DNA of 64,000 nt, taken from the NCBI GenBank assembly GCA_963693365.1, contig CAVNZM010000001.1:6340907-6404906 (forward strand), given 5' to 3'. Below are positions 1 through 53,176 of the stretch, piece by piece. The translations under genes were made by a program, and so were the position numbers. Position 1 is the first letter of the stretch; each line of letters starts with the position of its first letter. The stretch comes from Amoebidium appalachense (lineage: Eukaryota; Protista; Ichthyosporea). The notes beneath the pieces were generated by a model, which did no database searches, had not been told where the DNA came from, and saw nothing but the letters and a program-made list of their open reading frames with translations.

Positions 1-1059
1 CCTACTGCTTCAAGACTTAGTGTGTGACTGAGGTCTGGCCAGCCAGATTTGGGAAAGCCCAGGGTTGTGAGGATGAGTCGGTGGGTGGGTGGGTGGTGGT
101 GGTGGTGGTGGTGGTGGTGGTGGTGGTGGAGGGGGGGGGGGGGTTAGCTTTGAAATTCGGCTCCCTCTATGAAGCTTCATACTCTGCCAAAGTTTATCCG
201 CCGAGATCCGCTCCGGTGTGACTAAGTGCCTCACCAGCACGGAGCTGGAGGGCAAACTTGCACAAACTTCTACATGCCGGCCTCCAAATTCTCTTGGTCG
301 CACCCTCGCGGTTCAGCAAGCCAAGAAACGTCCGAAGACTGCAACATTAATTACACCATTACTACGTGCAGACGTGCCATCTGTTGGAGTTTGGAGCTTG
401 CAACGCGCCGGGGCCGCTCGGGGCTGGTAAGCCGCTAAACAATGATTGCGTCTAGCTGTTTAGCGTAAATATTGCACAAGTTTTGCGCTAAACCTAGTCT
501 AACCAGGAGGGGTACATCAGATCACAGGTTTCGATAGCCCTACCCTTTCTTACGTCATTCGGAGTATTAGTCTAGTGCGCGCCTCGGCCCGGTGAGCTAT
601 TTAGGAGGCCTTGAAACAAACGCACCGCACACTGTGGAACAAACATTTTCCCTTGGGGTTTACACACTTTTTATTGCGTGGACACTGCCGGAGGCCCAGC
701 CACATTCGACGGCCTATCACCTGTCATCGAGCAAAAAGCATCGCTGAAAAACATAGAGTAAGAGAGAAGTGAGAGGGAAAAACACACAAGTTCAGTGCCA
801 CGGTAGAATGCTGTAGAGCTAGAGTGCAAGCGAGGCTTGATTGTGTTTGTTGCTCCCTGCTCCTCCATATACAATACAAATGCAAAACTCCTACTTGTTA
901 GCATAAGGCGAAACAAAGACACTTCAGGAGCAACTCTTGATATAAGAGAGTCGCACGTTCCGGCTCTCTCTTTATTCTAAAAAGTTCCACACTTTTTATA
1001 ACGCTAACCGTATATTTTTCACATCACCTGATCATCGAAGGTAATCAAAGAAAAAAAGA

Positions 1060-1661
1060 ATGGGTGACATTCGGCAAGATGCTGTTGAACTACAGAGCAC
1101 GGTGTTGAGGCGGTGGGGAAAACGCTATGCCGTGTTGGATGACGAACACCTGTGCTTTTACGCACCAGACACGGTGAGTAACCACCAACATTGTTGGAAT
1201 TTTAAGATTTGACATCATGGACGTGGAGTTGCTCTGGTGGGCATACCGTGATTGGGGACAAGAATGTTGTTAGGGGTTAGGGCTTGGATTGTATTTTGTG
1301 ACAATGGTTTCAAACTAGAACGGATTTATCGCTGTATTCTCATGTTGCTGAGTACTTTGTTGATGGCAGAGATGCGTTTCTGTTCTGGCTTTGAGGGAAC
1401 ATTTAGCGAGCTGGATCTGTGGGACGCGATTGTTTGTTGGCCTGGAAAACTTTTTGTTACCGGCCGACGGTCTGGCACTGACAGATAATGGACATATGAA
1501 CCGGCCGCTATGTGTGCAGCTTTGAAAGAAGCAGGGCACGGTAGCTTAGCAGGATTTCTAGATAAGTCGTAAGGCGGTGCATGAGTTAGTCGGCTTAGGA
1601 GAGGTGAAGGCATGGGTGGTGGCAGATGATATTTTTGATTTTCGGAACACGGAATGCCCCC

Positions 1662-1692
<31 letters not shown>

Positions 1693-3406
1693 AGGGGGTA
1701 TGCCACATGACTGCATAGTAACCTTTCTTTGTGCACGATGGTGATGGTGGTGGTAGGGATGTCAATTTCACAAGGAGCGGGGTGGGAAGGGGGGGGAGGG
1801 GGGGGGGGGGGGGGAGGTCACATACAAGAGGCTGTTGTTCCTTTACAGATCAATACTGTTTCACCCCAAACCACATACACAATCCAACAGGCACACATTC
1901 CCAACCTCACGAACACCCCAACCCTTACACCGCACTCTCCCCCAACAACCCAACACCTTTTACTTTCCCATACACACGTTCAAGTGTCACAGTTTTCCCC
2001 CACACCACCATTGGGCACTTGAGGACCCAGTCTCCCCCTCCAACCCCCCACTACCCCCCTCCCCCCCCCCCCCCTCCCCCGCCACCACCACAACCACCCC
2101 TCGGCCTCTCCCTGTGAGACCGATATGCACACAGCACACCCTCCCACCTTCAAGCTCATGCCTCCTTCCTCCTCCCCCCGCCTTCTCCCTCCATTCCACT
2201 TTTCTCCCCACACCAAACCTCTTTACCCCCTCCCCGCCCCCTCCCCCCCCCCCGGCACCACCCCACCCACCCCCAATCATGCACGCGCGTGCACATACAC
2301 ACACACACACACACACACACGGCAGGCCAAGCCAAGCGAGAAGGGCCTTTTGACCGATCGATTAGCAACGAGTGACATAGTCGGAGTCGAACTGTCTGGA
2401 GGCGATGGTAGGCACATACTTGTGATCAAAACGGCCCGGGGGAGGAATTTCAAAGTCAACATGCACACGGTCGACAGACTGGGCGAGTGGAAGAAAGATA
2501 TAGGTGTGCCCTCCTCTCGCCTAGCCCCCCCTCCCTCCTCTCTCTCTCCCCCCCCCCCCTCTCTCTCCCAAGCACACACACACGCAGACTTTCGCATGCA
2601 TACACACACCGAACTGCACACACACGTGCACATGAATGTGTATAAACAGTGGTGAGCACCCTGGGGTAGCATTTAGGGGTGCTGTTTGCTGACCTGTGTG
2701 TTTGTATGTCCTGTGGTTGTGGGGCGTGGGGGTTAAAGTGATGGGACGTGTGTGGGGAAGGTGGGGAAAAGAGGGAGGGTGTGTGGGGGGGCAGGGAGGG
2801 GGAGAGCGGGTGAAGGGATGTGCATATGCCTCCCCTCCTCCCTCCCCTCGCCTCCCATCCTCGCCTCTCCCCCTCCCCCGCCCCCCCTCCTTCTCCTTCT
2901 CTGCCCGTGGCCACACACATCTTATCCCCGAAGAGCAGCAATATTAGAGCAATTGTGTATCAGAGATTAGTGGATGGTGATGGTGGTTGGTTGAGGGGGG
3001 GGGGGGGGGGGGGAGGGGGGGGAGGTGTTGATCTATGTATGCCCTCTCAAGATTGTTTTTGTCCCTCCCCCCTTCCCCCTTCCCCCCCCCCCCCCCCCCC
3101 CCCCTGCACGCGGATTTATGTTGTGTAATCTCTCACGTGGTTGTGTATGTGCTTTGGATGACCGTACTTGCTTTTGGTTAAGTCGGGTTGACTGGACTAT
3201 TATTGTTAAAACGGTGTGTTGGGAACAAACGGAGGTTAAAGAGCCGAGGTTGATTCTCGATTTGTTGTGGCTTAGGAACTCCCCTGATAATAAGCACTAG
3301 GGTTGTGTCCTTTGCCTGCACGAATGTTTTTGTTCTTATCTTTTTCAATTTTTGTGGTTCGTCTGAAGTCTTCTTCTAAAAACACATATACTGCCCTCTT
3401 AGACAT

Positions 3407-3488
<82 letters not shown>

Positions 3489-3731
3489 GCGCACAAAAAA
3501 AAAAGAGAGAGAGAGGAAAAGAAAGAAAGAGAGAAAAGAAAATAAGAAGGAAAGGAAAGACAGGGACACTTTGAAAAGCGGATCAAACCAAGAAACAATT
3601 GCATATATAGGCAAACAGCGAAAACATGACACAGGTCTTTGGGAGCTGTCCTGCCAGCAGGTGTCTGACGCTCTCGCCCTTTTTTTGCCCTCCTACTTGC
3701 AGAGAGAAGGTGCCTTAAAAAGGAAAAATGA
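1060..3731 (+). CDS. Small stand-alone pleckstrin homology (PH) domain protein, ~106 aa, 3 exons (1060-1173, 2326-2503, 3703-3731)
   Basis: Spliced translation MGDIRQDAVELQSTVLRRWGKRYAVLDDEHLCFYAPDT|AKPSEKGLLTDRLATSDIVGVELSGGDGRHILVIKTARGRNFKVNMHTVDRLGEWKKDI|ERRCLKKEK*. It has the PH pattern WxKRY-VL...L-FY and a C-terminal helix with the conserved Trp (LGEWKKDI). All junctions are GT-AG with consistent phases 0 and 1. Confidence 0.8.
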
Positions 3732-3855
3732 AAACCTCGTGTTGAGTGAATGGGTGGATTTGCCGGACTGGTGGGCTGGGCGGCTAAACCATATCAAAGT
3801 GCACACACACACACACGCACGCACACGCACGCACGCGCGCACACGCACGCGCGAG

Positions 3856-3943
<88 letters not shown>

Positions 3944-5427
3944 TGCGCGCACACACATGCACACACACACGCACACGCGTGCAGTACACACACGATACAC
4001 GCATGGGCACACACGTACGAGTACGCGCACATAGCATAAGCAACGCAAACACACAACAAACACCACCAAACGCATACAGTGCAACACACACATTCTAAAT
4101 CTGTACATGAGCGCACCCATTCGCACCTATGTACGCTTGCATTACGTTGCGCGTACACAGACAAGATGCACACACGAGCACAATCCCCCCCCCCCCCCCC
4201 CCCCCCACCCTTTCCTTACCTCCCCCTCCAGGCCTCCGGAAGCGGGGCGAATGAACACACATGGGCAAATGGGAAGGTTTTTCTGGGCCTGTGGTGCTTT
4301 GGTGTAGTGATGTGGTATGAATGTGGTAAGAAAGATGCATTTTAGGAATACGAGAAGGTTATTGTGATGTGAATAAAATTATATGGTAGTTTCTTGGATA
4401 GCACGTCTTATGTCCAGTTGTTTTCTACAGAGGTTTCCAAAAGGAGGTGGAAATAGTGTTTCGAAGTTCGTTTCGGTCAGCAATTTTTTTTGAGGTGTTT
4501 GGGACTGCCAAAAAAAAATCGGGCCGGAAAGCCATTTTTTAGTTTTTAAATATTTAGTAAATATAGTAACGCCATAGGCGGCGGTAACTGGCTGGCCAAG
4601 TGGCCTGGCATTATGTGATCTGGAGGAATGTGATGGAATATTGATTCGTATTCTTTGACCCATCTCTCTCTCTCTCTGCCCGTGTTTGTTTGTCTGTCCT
4701 ATGCCTACCTTAATTGTCCCACTGCGTCTAGTTTGTTCCTCCCCCCCTTTCTTGCCCATCTAGCTGATTGAATTTATATAACTGTGGTTAATGCTGTAGG
4801 TTTTTATTCAGCCAGGGAAGCTGGGCACCCTAATAAACATTAACCAGCACTCGTGCATATGGAGACACGCGTACGAGGGGAACAAAAATATAAATATGGG
4901 ACACCAGAATATTAATCCCTTAAACGCATGCTCACCATGATACGTGCACCCCCTATGTCAGTATGTGTATACATGCACGGTAGTCTAAGAGGGCATGGAA
5001 TAGGAAGACGAGGAACATCAGTGCACGCCTCTATCATACCATTAATGCATTATTATGGGTTCTTATATAGCTTTAGACTGTACATCACGCAACAGGTACC
5101 AGCCCTGCCTCATATATATACCGTAAAGTGCACATGTACATGTTCTTAGTGACATTGCCCAATCACACAGAACACCTGTCACCCTCCCACCCTGTACCTC
5201 AACTGCTTTCTTGTTGCGTACACACGTTTACTGACACAAATATTTTGTTTCTACTTTGGGTGCAATACTCTACCACCCAACCCATCATTATCTTAGTATA
5301 AGCTGGCACTGTAAACCAATCACAATAGCAGCACAAACATCATCTTCTCAGGCTGAAAATGTAACTATTGCGCTGCATAATCACCGTTGCAGTAAATCTT
5401 AAAAGCTTTTTTAAATCCCCTCAAAAA

Positions 5428-9092
<3,665 letters not shown>

Positions 9093-9978
9093 TTTACAGT
9101 GTTATGCGTAAAAACACTTAGTATTGGTTACTCGTTGTTATGGTCAATAAGTAAGTTGCTCTTTCATAGAAGTTGTTGGGCTGGCAAGGAAAAAAAATCG
9201 ACATTTGAAAACCATAAAGAGTACCGGGTCACTGATGATTAGCTATATTAGTTTGCTACGTATGAGGATGTGGACAGGAGCTGCCAGGTAGCCCCCTCCC
9301 AACGAAGGATAGCTCAATTTTCTCTAGGATATGGGACAAAAGGGTGGTATAAACTTGAACTTATCGTTGTGGCAGCTCCTGATTACCAAAAAAAGTATGC
9401 ACTAACACTAGAAAGAGAGCTGCCAGACAAACACATTCTGCAAACCGAACTTCTCTGGGCATGCACCCTTACTTGTGCCATATGCAGCAGAGGAGGATTG
9501 ACTGCTTCCGGGAGGTCTGAATTCGGCATATGTCATACCGTGATATACATCCAATCACCAAATTGAGATATGCCTGCCGAAATCGAGGATTGTCGACAAC
9601 TCTGTAAACACCCAAATACATATATACATATTACCTTCCTGTAGAATTGGTCTTTCTCTAGCTGATGGTATTATTGATCATATACCACGCTTTTACTGTA
9701 CACGTGCTATACAGTGGAGATCTAATAAGTATAAGGTGGCATCGTTTGTATGCCCAAACAACACACACACACACCAGTTTAAACGGTCATGTATCGCCAA
9801 ATGTAGTTTGACAGACCACATCGCAACACACACACGTCACATTCACAACAGACACCTAGAAAGATAGCCTACCTGAAAATTACAACATCCTTGATTTTAT
9901 ACTAAACACGCGTAACTACGACCTGTTTATTAGATGTATTGATTAACTTGAGAAACACATCATTACAAAATTCTAGCG

Positions 9979-10055
<77 letters not shown>

Positions 10056-10139
10056 CCAGCTGATCCCGAGTGTCCCGGGCCCCGGGGGAGCCCGAAAAAA
10101 AAAAAAAAAAAACGGGGAACCCCAACTAATTGAAAATTT

Positions 10140-10770
10140 TTGTTACTGGATAACTCGTGAAGTTTTTATTGTCTTCTCAGTATGCCGTGCATATGTACTT
10201 GCATATCTTTCCGTCGAATAAATCCAGTCAAAAGAAAAGAAAGAAAAAAAGAAAGAAAAATCTTAGTCTTTACGGTGTCTCGTAGAGAAAGTAAACCCTG
10301 ATATATAATCATCACCCGACATCTATGTACGTGATCATGATATACCGCTGAGGGGATACTCCGAGCAAAAACCCCCCATACCTGAGACTGGTCTCTCTTT
10401 GCCTCGAGTAAACAGCTTAAACCTTTTGACTCGGTTTTATTGATCCGTTGATGAACGCTGCTGGTGCCACTTTTGTGCTGAACTTTTTAATCGCAAGCAT
10501 GTTGATAGGTGTGAGTTTTTATGTCGCGTTTTACCTCTTTCCCTACGGGTGTCCGCTACACTAGCTGGCAATGTGAACACTTTAGACTTTTTGTTGAATT
10601 CTGTACATGTTGGTCGTCACATTGAGTATTTATATGGTTTTCACACAGTGTTCAGGTATCTCAGTATGCACTTGTTACTGGATAACTCGTGAAGTTTTTA
10701 TTGTCTTCTCAGTATGCCGTGCATACTTGAATGTCTTTCCGTCGAATAAATCCAGTCCAAAGAAAAAAAA
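10140..10770 (+). repeat. Two near-identical ~95-bp direct repeats (10140-~10235 and 10672-~10765), each ending in AATAAA plus an A-rich tail
   Basis: Both copies read TTGTTACTGGATAACTCGTGAAGTTTTTATTGTCTTCTCAGTATGCCGTGCATA...CTTTCCGTCGAATAAATCCAGTC followed by A-rich sequence. Confidence 0.9.
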
Positions 10771-11821
10771 AGAAAAAAAATCCAGTCAAAAGAAAAAAAA
10801 CCCCAACTCTGTATATGTGCGCTGGGGTCTAAGATTTATATTTAGCCAATCGGGAGATAATATGAAAATCCTGTGCTATTAATAGCTTTCGCAATGGTTT
10901 TATGATTGGTGTAGCGCGCATCGTGCAGGGTTTGAACTTTGAACAGGCCAACATGAGGAACACTTGCGGTTGACTACTGTACTGTTGCGACAGCAGCGCA
11001 GTGAACTATTACCGCGTGGCGTATAAGTGATGGCATATATATGCAGTGCGTCAGTATTATGTCAATGCTAGCGCATGTACTGTACATGTGGCTCAAACGC
11101 TATCGGGCCAGCTCCTGTTTTGTACACACTTATTTGATGAACCATCAGTTTGAAGTCGCTTCGGATTTCGCAATTCTCACATTCACAGTTTTCCCAGCTG
11201 TGATCTGCCCATTATCCTTGTTTTCTGTTGTTGGTTGTGGGCAAATCTAAACTTTTTTTGAGCAACAGCTTACACTTGCTGCTAACTGCATGTTATCCCA
11301 GTACACGCTGGTGCTGCTTGGATCTGTTTCTGGCGTCGGGCAGTTGTGGAATGAGCAGCCCGTGTTGGTAAAATGATTTTATTGGACTGTTGCGCATCCT
11401 GCTGTGAGTAGGGCAAATATTATATTAGGCACCCAGGTCCTCCAGCATTAGGAGGTTGGATGCGTTGATATGTAGGAATGGGAAAAGAGGAAAAAGGAGA
11501 TAGTTAGTAACGAAAATGTTCTGCTTTTAATACCTGATATATTTTATTTGTAGTTCCTGTTATGTACAAGCTCCCTATCCCTAGTAACTTATGATCTATT
11601 TGTACCCTGTGCCTTGAACCAGGCAAAAATGGTTGCAGTTTTGCACCCGTCCGCGGCTTGGAATTTCATGTTGCCCGCCGCTCTTGCACTTACATACACG
11701 GAAACTTTGAAAGCCAACCGCCAGCACACCTCACCACATCTCACCCCACTCTCTTTCACACATTTCGAGACAGAAAGCACACACCTTATTTGAGCACATC
11801 AACAATTCTGTCTCTAGCGCT

Positions 11822-35766
<23,945 letters not shown>

Positions 35767-37189
35767 AGCAACCAGCACAGTTTCAACCATGGGCTATCCA
35801 CCCTTTTTATCCATCCCTTTTTTTGGTATGAACTCCGTTTTTTTGTGTCAGACCCCTCAGCCGAGTTTTGCATGCACTTCGTTGTCCTTTTCTTATACTT
35901 TCTATAATTAGCGGACTTTTAAATATCTTCAATATAACAAAAAGTCTTTACTGCGCTATCAATAATATTCTGCAAGGACGGCTTGAGGCACGGAAATTTG
36001 CAGTTGGATATGAGATATTCTTAACCTACCGAGTCCAAATTTGTACTAATTTATTACAGCATGTGACACATCTACGCAAACTTTGATACTCCCGATATAA
36101 GTTTAGGTTTAAAAGGTCATTGTTGCTGACTGTGTCACGCCAAAGTACCGTCTATTAAATTCTGGTCCCATCATTCGACACCCTTTTAATGCATTTTGAT
36201 ATACCGCACTCTTAAGGTTACCCCTATGCTCTATGAGCCCAACATTCACATCTGGAACGTCATACACCAAAAGATATGAATCCCCCCACCCACCCCCCCC
36301 CCCAAAAAAAAAAATCCGCAGGTGGGTGGGTGGGTGGGTGGGTGGGGAGGGGGAGGGGGGAGGGGAGGGGGGTAGGTTAAGGGAAGAACACCTATGAATT
36401 AGTCTACGCAAAACCCAAATGAATAATTGCAGAGAGACCAGATATTTTGTAGTCTAAGCAATCTACATTGTCTGCGTTCATTTGGCCATGCATCTAAAAG
36501 CCATTGCAGAGTTGCAGCTTATTGTATATTTTGGTTACTTGCTGGGCCAAATTAAATGCACGCTGGGAGTACTGTACGTGAGGGACATCGCTGCTTAATG
36601 CATCCCCCCCCCCCCCCCCCCCCCCCCCCCCCACCCTGCCCTCCCTTTTTTGATTTCCCGCATGACTTGCAGCCATTGCATCCACATTTCACAAAAGTCA
36701 GTGCCCCCCTTCACGCAGGCAAGTGGTGCCGTACACGAACGTAGACACAACATACATACACAAATTGGTAGAAGGATGCACAAATAGGCAAGAAGAAGCA
36801 TTTAGGCACTGCTGCTTCCTTCATCATGTGTCTGCAGATGTCCGTAAATCACTGTACATTTTCTGTTTCCACCCTAGGCAACCAGCACCTATTTAGCATT
36901 CATAAAGCCACATTGACCGCTGCTTTCTTAAAGTATGTAACTTGACAGGCACAGCCTGCATTTTAAAGGAATCACAGACACCTTTCCACAAGTTGATCAT
37001 AATATACACTGTATGATTTAAGGTGAATACGCAGCCTAAAGTGTTTCAAAGTGAATGTGTTTCGAGTTCGTTTTTGAAATGCAGGGAGATACTTGTTCCC
37101 AACTTCCTAATTTCAAAGAAAAAAACCTCAGAGTTAACGAAAACTGGGGCCTCATCACCCCCCCCCCCCCCCTCCCCCCACAGGCACTA

Positions 37190-37227
<38 letters not shown>

Positions 37228-37784
37228 ACACACACACACATACACACACACACACACGAGCAGCCTAAACATTGAAGGGAGTAATTTAAGTTTAAAAGAG
37301 GTGTTCAGTAAATAAAAGCATTCCCACATCATCAAAACCTCTAGGCACATACCATATCCGAAGGCATACACATGGCTAAGTCCGACGTCCTTCACATTTC
37401 TTCATCTCTCTGGTAGACATGTTTAAAACACAACTTGCTCAAACTCCCATTTTTTGACCCCTCCTCCCCCCCCCCCCCCCCCTCCTTCCCCCCCCCCTCC
37501 CCCCCCCCCCCCCTTCCCCCCCCTCCCCCCCCCCCCCCCCCCCCCACCCCGCCCTTTGCATCCCCAGAAGGGAGAAAAGAAACGATTTATCAAACCATGT
37601 ATTCATTCAAGCAATAAAAAGAGCATGAAAGCCATCTATCCGGAAAATCATTCCCGTCTATGACTTCCGGGTCCTTTCCATTCATAACTTCCCCTCCTCA
37701 TTCAACCTCCAGAGAGCAACCTCTGCCAACTTTGCCTCTTACGGCCGTTATCCCCCTGCACCCCTTCATCTTATGGGGGGGGCT

Positions 37785-49649
<11,865 letters not shown>

Positions 49650-49737
49650 GCTACAAGAGGTTGCCACCTGCAGGCACCTTATTGGTCAGCATGGCTTGGG
49701 GTACATAGGATGGGGGGGGTGATGGAGCGGCGATGTC

Positions 49738-49821
<84 letters not shown>

Positions 49822-50720
49822 TGTTTGGGGGGCGCGGGGGGGGGGGGGGGGGGGGGGGAAGGGGGGGTCTGAATGCACGATGGCCCCACAATCTAGAATG
49901 CAAAGAACACAGAGACTATGCAAAGGAAGGGAAGGGGGGAAGGAGGAGAAGAAGGGGGGGTGGGGGGGATGGGGGGGGGGATAAAGGTGAAGCTTTGAAT
50001 TACGGTGGTGAGTGGAAAGTGAGCAGCTCACCATTTCAATTTTTAAAAAAATACAGGGCCACAAAATGCGAAAGACATGGCAAGGCTAAAAAAAAAAGCC
50101 CATACAGACACGGGGGAGGGGCGGGAGGGAGGGGAAGTGGGGGGGGGGGGGGGGGGGGAAGGGGGGGGGGGGGGGGGAGGAGGGGGTTGAAGTAATTTTG
50201 TGGGTATACAATGGTCTGAATGACGGGAGGAAGTTAGGAGTCGAATGGAGACACGGGCATGAATGAGCAACCGTTACCAATATACAGGTTGTGAGGTAGG
50301 TTCTCACACGTGTGTGGATGTGGGCGCATATGTGAATGGGAAAAAACTCATGATGCTCGTTCAAGCTTGCTTGCAATGCACGTGTGTGTACGTGTGTAGA
50401 CAGATACACCCTTAACGTATATGCACAAACGTGACTGTGCTGTGAGTGCATGTTCGTGTAATTGTTTATTAGTGAGCATGTGATGGTGTTGCGTGTTGAA
50501 ACGTCGATTCATGCGTTCCTTTGGCAATGGGTGTAACAACTTGAATAGCATGCACGCGTATGCGACTGAATGCGTTCCTGCACAGGTATTGGCACCTGTT
50601 CCTGTCTGGATGTGGGCGTGCTGGTTCGTGTGCATGTGTGCGTGTGTGCATGTGTGGTCCGTGCACGTCACAAGACTTACTGCGCATGTGTGCTCTAAAT
50701 TCAATGTCGAGTGCACTCAC

Positions 50721-50921
50721 TTAGAGGTGCAGGTCAAATGCAAGCAACAACTGTGCATTCTATACAGTGGGTAAGGATATATCACAGGGAAACGTGCAAT
50801 CCGAATCACTCTTGTCACGTACATATGCACCTTGTATTCTCTTACGATCACACATTGGGTCTCTGCCTTGCCAACTCCCCTCATCCCAGAAAGCTCTTGA
50901 TACCACCACTCGTGTATCCAT

Positions 50922-50952
<31 letters not shown>

Positions 50953-51295
50953 CCACCCTATTCAGGCATCCTCGTCTGTAAAAAAATCTCATCTTCCAAC
51001 AACCAGGCACACTGTGTATAATTACTTGCCCACATCCACCTCTTATGCGCAGGACCTGGTTCCCTTTGAACACAAAAAATCCAGAAAACTACAAAACGTT
51101 TGCTCACTCTTTTCAAACCGTGCAGGAAAAGCACAGCCCAATGCATGAACATTTAAGGGGTTCAGGTGCTTTATGGAGCGACATTTGGTTATAATAAGAA
51201 AAGGCAACCAGAACCGTTCTCAAGACTGAAAAAAAATGAGAACTTACCGTCCATTCAAAATTCAAGCACAAAAAGGCGCAGCTCGGAAAAGGTTC
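50721..51295 (-). other. Candidate upstream (5'UTR) exons of the RTK gene (~51294-51248 and 50759-50721)
   Basis: Strong minus-strand donors ACG|GTAAGT (51248) and TAA|GTGAGT (50721), with acceptors CTGCAG and CTGTATAG, upstream of the signal-peptide exon. They contain no convincing long coding frame. Confidence 0.4.
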
Positions 51296-53123
51296 AACCT
51301 GCAGCTGTGCCCAATATCAACCTATTCAGAAAAAGTTTCTTACAGTTTAAGCAAACTGTATATTATTACCGAGTGCCTATTCTGTGCTAGGGAAACATGA
51401 AAATCCAGCTGATTGAGCTTGCTTTAACGCTCCTGCTTGACGAATATCTACGAAGGATAGTTTCGAAACACAACGAAAACTAAATTTGACTAATGATCTA
51501 ACCTATCTTCCCTGTTCTGTACACTCATAAATTAACATAAAACGCATCTGTCATGTATGCGCTTAAAAGTAGCCGGTGCTAAATGGGCATTCTGGGCTAG
51601 AACGAAAAAGTCCAGTAAAGGAAGAAAACGAAAACATAAGTGTGAAAGTGTGACTGCTCTGAATCTTTCGCAGGCACCTATACCAATTACTGCGATGCCA
51701 TATCAGCCAATCAGGTTTAGAGGACTAATGATTGGTCGAAAGATGGAGGAAGGTAGATGACATGATGCGAAATTCAAAGAATCGAGTTTCACACCTCCTT
51801 ACAACTGTCGCCAAACATCGTCAGCCACCAGGTGCTATAAGAAAAGAAAATTGATATATAATGAGCCAATTGTTACGAGAATTTATTTATACTCACACAC
51901 GCTAACTTATCACGACGTATTTCGTGCGCCTGACCATGGCGCCAGTTGTGTAGGCTGAAATGCATATATATGCGTGCACAGCATAAACACCTCTGTTGCA
52001 CCTACTGTACATGTCAGTCACCGACATGAAGTTTCCGCCAATCACAGAGCCTAATTCGGCCCTCCGTACGTGATCTTCATCCAATCGAACAGGATTAGGT
52101 CTATGGAATTCTACGCTCATTGGCTGTGGAAAAAAGCAGAGGTCCAGCAGAGGGAATGGGAATGTCGCATTGTGAGGGGGCAAAAAAGGGTGGAGCGGGC
52201 TCCAACCGTGGCGTTGAAAGCGTACATGTTTGGAAGCCCTAAAGGCCAGAACTGGGTACAAAAAAGCTTGCATGCTCAGTTATATTATCATTTTGCGATG
52301 CCAAGAGCAAAAATTATCGGCAATAGTGATTTAATAGGTCCAAAATAGTGCCCCGATATAATGCAGATAGAATCGAGCGGATTGTAACCAATCAAATCTT
52401 CAATGGAATTTGCCCCCGCTCATTCTAATAAGGCGCTGTACTGATAATGGTCAAATAAAAACGCTTAGTTTTTGTTTACATAGGTTGTGATTGGCGGAAG
52501 CTTCATCCCAAGTCTGTGACTATAGGTGCATGATAGGCCTGCATTCCAGAGCTTGTTTAGCATTACACGAAAGCTTTTAAAGTTTTGAATTGAAGTTTAG
52601 ATTTTGGCCGAAAACCTTTAAATACATATACTCTGCTTTCTTTGTAGATACAGATCTGCAAGCCTCAGAACAAAATGTGGGGCACAAGTTGCTATCAGTG
52701 TTTACCCCCCTCAGATCATAAAGACTCTGCAATGACTCTTAGCCAATCGTTCGTGTGCAATTGTTTTTGCTTTCCCCCAGAATAGATCTCACAGGAACTT
52801 TCAAGTACGTGCATTCTGCTTTTCATATCCCCAGGACTCGCACTGCCGTCATGGTTTTTTATAGTATACGCTCTTTCCTTCTTTATTCTTTCTCAACGTT
52901 TAATTCTCTCTATCCTTCTTCTTTTCTATCCTTTTTTTCCGGGTGATCTTCTTTCATGGCACTTGAAGCTACTACACTTGAATCATTAGCAATCTTACCG
53001 GAATTGCATCGAGATCGGATGCGATCACCCGGCAATATTGATCATCGGGAGTCATACTCGGAAACTCGACCGATCGCGGTCGGTTCATTCCGCATGGCGT
53101 AATTGGTACAAATACAAAGCACA

Positions 53124-53176
<53 letters not shown>

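Noticed and set aside
10-438. ORFs at the window start (10-303 minus, 218-430 and 226-438 plus)
   Set aside because: No recognisable protein motif. The poly-G tract hints at the 5' end of a minus-strand gene leaving the window, but no model could be supported.
9270-9566. 98-aa ORF upstream of the DUF2456-like gene
   Set aside because: It has a GTG start, no motifs and no supporting splice structure.
36109-37663. ORFs between the convergent adhesin and RTK stop codons
   Set aside because: No coherent exon chain; probably 3'UTR or intergenic sequence.
51902-52348. Overlapping 123-aa (-) and 92-aa (+) ORFs in the RTK-NIFK spacer
   Set aside because: No recognisable domain or exon chain; the region looks regulatory.
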